The notes under the pieces: model-generated
What the model saw: only the letters and a program-made list of their open reading frames with translations
The model's database searches: none
What the model was told of the DNA's origin: nothing
Source: Vicugna vicugna
Lineage: Eukaryota
Assembly (NCBI GenBank): GCA_013265495.1
Contig: MU059825.1
Span: 372,001-436,000 of the forward strand
Length of the DNA: 64,000 nt
Reading direction: 5' to 3'
Shown: piece after piece, positions 60,204 to 64,000 of the stretch
How the letters are laid out: the number at the start of each line of letters is the position of its first letter
Position numbering within the stretch: the first letter of the stretch is position 1
Made by a program: the position numbers and the translations under genes

Positions 60204-60985
60204 CAAAATCCACTTTCCAGGATGTATGTTTTTTACTGAAGTGTCCTCGCGTTACCATGTGTTAGTGTCAGCGGACAGCATCAGGATTCAGTTACACTAG
60301 GGTATTTGGGCCGTGCGTAGCCAAGACCTTGAAGACGTGCGTGATTTTGGCCAAACAAATCTGCTTCCTAGGGATTTATCTTCAGGAGGAAAGCACGCGA
60401 GTGTGAAAAGATATGTCCGTAAGGATATTTGATGCAAAGCCAGTTACGTTAGCCAAAAAGAGCGTCAGAACTCAGATGAGGAGAGTGTGTGTGTGAAGCT
60501 GTTCAGTGGACTGTCACACGTCCCTTAGAAAGGCTGCGATAGAGAGTTTCACGGGGTGGAAGGACAGTCACGCGTGTTGCCAAGTGTGAAAATGAGCAGG
60601 TTGCTATCTACCAAGTAGGTTATGTCATACGCTCCCATCTTTGTTCAGTAATAGGTATTGAAATGCTCCAGGGTTAATGACTTTCTTATTTTCTGACTGA
60701 TCTGGAAATTTATAACGTATAATTTGGAGTCATATAAAGGTCATCTGATATGGAGGACTCTGAGCGGACAACGTGGTTTCAGAACTAGCTTCTTATTTGA
60801 AACCTGGGTGTGTGAGCCGTCGAGGGCCTGCATTTTCAGTGTGCAGATGACTCACTGGCACCGAGTCGTCGCTCGGGTCTGGAACATCCCGGGAACAGCA
60901 GAGTGGGCCCTGGCGCTTGGCCAGGGATGGGCTGGGCTCAGGCTCCATCTCGGGCACCACCTGAGCGCGTTGTCTCTTCCTCTAG

Positions 60986-61095
60986 TTACAACCCCTTTGA
61001 CGGGCCCAATGAGAACCCAGAGGCCGAGCTGCCACTCGCGGCGGGGAAGTACCTGTACGTGTACGGGGACATGGACGAGGACGGCTTCTATGAAG
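60986..61095 (+). CDS. RIMBP2: RIMBP2 SH3-1 core exon ([37 protein letters not shown]), 110 nt, phase 2-1
   Basis: RIM-BP family SH3 signature. Acceptor tctcttcctctag| and donor AAG|gtctgg. Confidence 0.98.
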
Positions 61096-63319
61096 GTCTG
61101 GGGGGCCGCGTGGTGGGCGGGGGGCCAGCTCCCATCACCCCGGCCGCCCCAGGCCTCCACTCTGACCCCGTCTCCAGACTTACAGGCAGCCCCTTTTGTT
61201 TGGCTGAGTGGGGTTCCCACTTTGAACCCCAGGTAGACCTCAGACATTCACCTGCATGCAGCCTCCAACCAGACACACGAGGCTGACAGACAAGGGGTCT
61301 CTGCCTCCCTTCCATCTCACTGTCCAGCACCCTCAGGGTCCCCCAGGTGACCTGTTTTCTGTAGGACCAGAGCCCATTTAGGTGACCTCACCTGGCGCCC
61401 TGCGATCCCAGGGACCGTCAGGCTCTGGCCCCTCGAATGGCCCGACCATTGCCTTATGGTCACCTCCTATAGCATGAAATCAGGAGCCGTGAACCCCTCC
61501 ACCCACCCGGCCTTGGTCCCCTTTGTAGGAGACGGGGGGCGGGGGAGCAGGTGGCACTGCCAGCAGCTTCGGAAATCAGGATGCCTTGGTTCCCTCAACT
61601 TTTCTGTTGCCCTGGTAGCAGGGTTTTGGTTTCCTTCTGTTCCCTCTGATGAGGAAAGTAATTTCTTGCTCAACTAGCAGGTTTCTTTTTTTGTGACCTC
61701 ACAGAGTTTCCTTGGAGCTGATGGAATCAGCCTCAGCTCCAGTCCTGAGGTTTACGGGGGCCGGAGATCAGGCCGCTCGGCTGACGTTTGGAGCCCAGCC
61801 CTGCCCGGCCCGGCTCCCTGTCTGTCAGTGAGCAGCAATTAGAGAACCCGAGAAACTTCCCCACGGCCGGTGGCAGAGCAGCTCGAATCTTACCATAAAT
61901 TTGTGTTGCTCGCGCCAGTTTGCACACCAGGGTGGAAATGTGTGCTCCAGGCGGCTGCCGGGAAACCCTCGCTGGAAATCCCTAGAACACGGGCGCCGGG
62001 CGCTGTGCCCACATAGACTTTCAGAGGCTGGATTAAAGGCAGATGCAGAGCTCAGCGCTCCGTTGTCCGTGGGACCGTGGGAGGCTTGCCCCGGCTCACG
62101 GTAGCCTGTAACTGTTCCCGCCTCAGGCGGCCGTGAGGATAAGTGAGGAAGGAGACAGGGAGAGGTGCAAGCGGGGCTTGGTACCCAGAACTTGCTCCAT
62201 AGATGTCAGCCCCCACCCCTGCCCTGTCTTCCCCTGTGTCAGACGAGGGCTGTTTATATAGCATCCTCTAGGCAGGGGTGGACATCTCAAGACTCCCTTC
62301 CTGGGTGGGGTCAGGGACAGAATCAGATCCTCATTGGTTCCGGAGATTTGGGACTGACTCCAGTTGGCTTCCCTCTCCTGGGCCCTCACACGTCCCCTGA
62401 GGCGGGGGCGGGGTCTGCGGGGAGAGACCCCTCTGTTCTGCACTTCCCAGCCTCCCAGGCCCCGCCCGGTCAGGCCCTCTCTCTGCGGCTGCTGGTGCTG
62501 AACTGGGGGAGCTGCCATTTCTGGCTGGTGCCGAGAGGTGACCCAGACCGAGCAACCTTTGATGCTGCGAAACAGGCTTAGTTTGCAGGGCTCTGCTGTT
62601 GCAGGCTTCCGAGCCTCAGGTAGGGAGAACGCAGGACGTGAAGCCACTTCACGGAGCAGAGAGGGGTCCCTGCTGTGAGTGCTGCAGCCTCAGAGCTAGT
62701 CTGGTGGCATTTGGGGGCCACTCTGCCCGCGGGTGGTTCTCCAAGACCAAGCTCGTCTGTTTCACACCCAGTGGGCGCACGCTGGGAGTCTCATGTAGGT
62801 GGACACGGAACTCCCTTTGCAAGGGGGAAGCGGCCTTCTAATTCCTGTTCGTGTGATCACTCAGAAATCGTCGTGAGGTGTCATTTTTTTCATCTCCAAA
62901 CCCACGTGGCTTACATGTTGTTTGTCCTCTGACAAACCTCTGCTGCGCATCTGCTGTGTGCCGGGCATCCCGCTGGGACGGTTCAGTGGGCAGGACGCAG
63001 GCCCACGCCCTCCCAGAGCAGCGCCCCCAGTGGGAGGGGTAGTCAGTCCATGTGTGCAGCTGAATGAACACGGTGCCCTGGGCACTGCGGGGAAAACCAG
63101 ACAACTGATGGAGGGGGTGGCAGATGGCAGGTACTGGGGTGCCGTAGCAGGGGTGGGGTCCGGGCGAGGTGACGTTTGAGTGGTGCATATTAAGAGCTGA
63201 GGATCCCACCGTAACCTCGTTGCTTTCCGTAGGGTCCCATCGTGGGAGGTGCAGACTTGCGGCAGGACCTCAGGCCCCCCACGTGACAGTCGGGCCCTAA
63301 CTGTTCTTGTGCCCAACAG

Positions 63320-64000
63320 GCGAACTCCTGGATGGGCAGAGGGGCCTGGTGCCCTCCAACTTCGTGGATTTTGTCCAGGACAGTGAGTCTCGGCTGGCCA
63401 GCACGCTGGCGAGTGACCAGGAGCAGAACCTCATCAACCGTTCCGGCATCGGCATCTCCCCGCTGGAGGCGGAGAGTGTCCTGGACCTCCACTCCCCGAC
63501 GCTCATGGACTCCGGCCTCGCCGACAGCGGGGCAGGGACGCTGGATGTCAACATTGACGACATTGGAGAAGACATCGTGCCTTACCCTCGGAAAATCACC
63601 CTCATCAAGCAACTCGCCAAAAGTGTCATTGTGGGCTGGGAGCCCCCGGCCGGGCCCCCGGGCTGGGGGACGGTGAGCAGCTATAACGTGCTGGTGGACC
63701 AGGAGATGCGCCTGAGCCTCACGCTGGGCAGCCGGACGAAGGCCTTGATCGAGAAGCTGAACACGGCGGCCTGCACCTACCGCGTGTCCGTGCAGTGCGT
63801 CACCAGCAGAGGCAGCTCGGACGNNNNNNNNNNNNNNNNNNNNNNNNNNNNNNNNNNNNNNNNNNNNNNNNNNNNNNNNNNNNNNNNNNNNNNNNNNNNN
63901 NNNNNNNNNNNNNNNNNNNNNNNNNNNNNNNNNNNNNNNNNNNNNNNNNNNNNNNNNNNNNNNGAGGAGGAGTTCGACGTCGTCAGGGCTGCCAGGTACA
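63320..64000 (+). CDS. RIMBP2: RIMBP2 large exon: end of SH3-1 (ELLDGQRGLVPSNFV), linker, FN3-1 (YPRKITLIKQLAKSVIVGWEPP...) into FN3-2; runs off the window
   Basis: Acceptor ttcttgtgcccaacag|. Frame is preserved across the N gap, resuming EEEFDVVRAARY at 63964. Confidence 0.97.
63824..63963. other. 140-N assembly gap inside the coding exon
   Basis: Counted directly. Confidence 0.99.

Noticed and set aside
61096-61232. Alternative donor CAG|GTAGAC at 61233 extending the SH3 exon
   Set aside because: Phase 0 whereas the next exon needs phase 1, so it frameshifts. No independent support.

Overview
Mammalian, GC-rich genomic DNA. Two tRNA-Ala-derived SINEs and cetartiodactyl-type L1 tails suggest a camelid (inference). 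The window holds the 5' part of one + strand gene, RIMBP2 (RIMS-binding protein 2, a presynaptic active-zone scaffold), running from N-terminal coiled-coil exons through SH3-1 into the first FN3 repeats and off the right edge. All exon junctions were checked by hand and keep frame: 4781-4870, 14020-14142, 36684-36788 (canonical MREAAERR start at 36687), 44817-44867 (51-nt cassette), 46383-46403 (21-nt microexon), 54154-54355, 57914-58059, 58809-58885, 60986-61095 and 63320->64000. Most long ORFs in the supplied track are GC-rich noise, and the track misses several real exons. The introns contain L1, L2, MIR, MaLR/ERVL/ERV LTRs, hAT MITEs, two minisatellites and one of the two assembly gaps (the other lies inside the last exon). 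I see no evidence for a wholly new biological system. The best leads concern RIMBP2 isoform control: a candidate start-codon exon at 1302-1497, an in-frame N-terminal coiled-coil extension, a possible LTR-derived internal promoter, a one-heptad neural microexon with an SRRM4-type UGC signature, and candidate frame-switch/poison exons. Comparisons with human or rodent RIMBP2 and repeat family names are from memory, not from a search.
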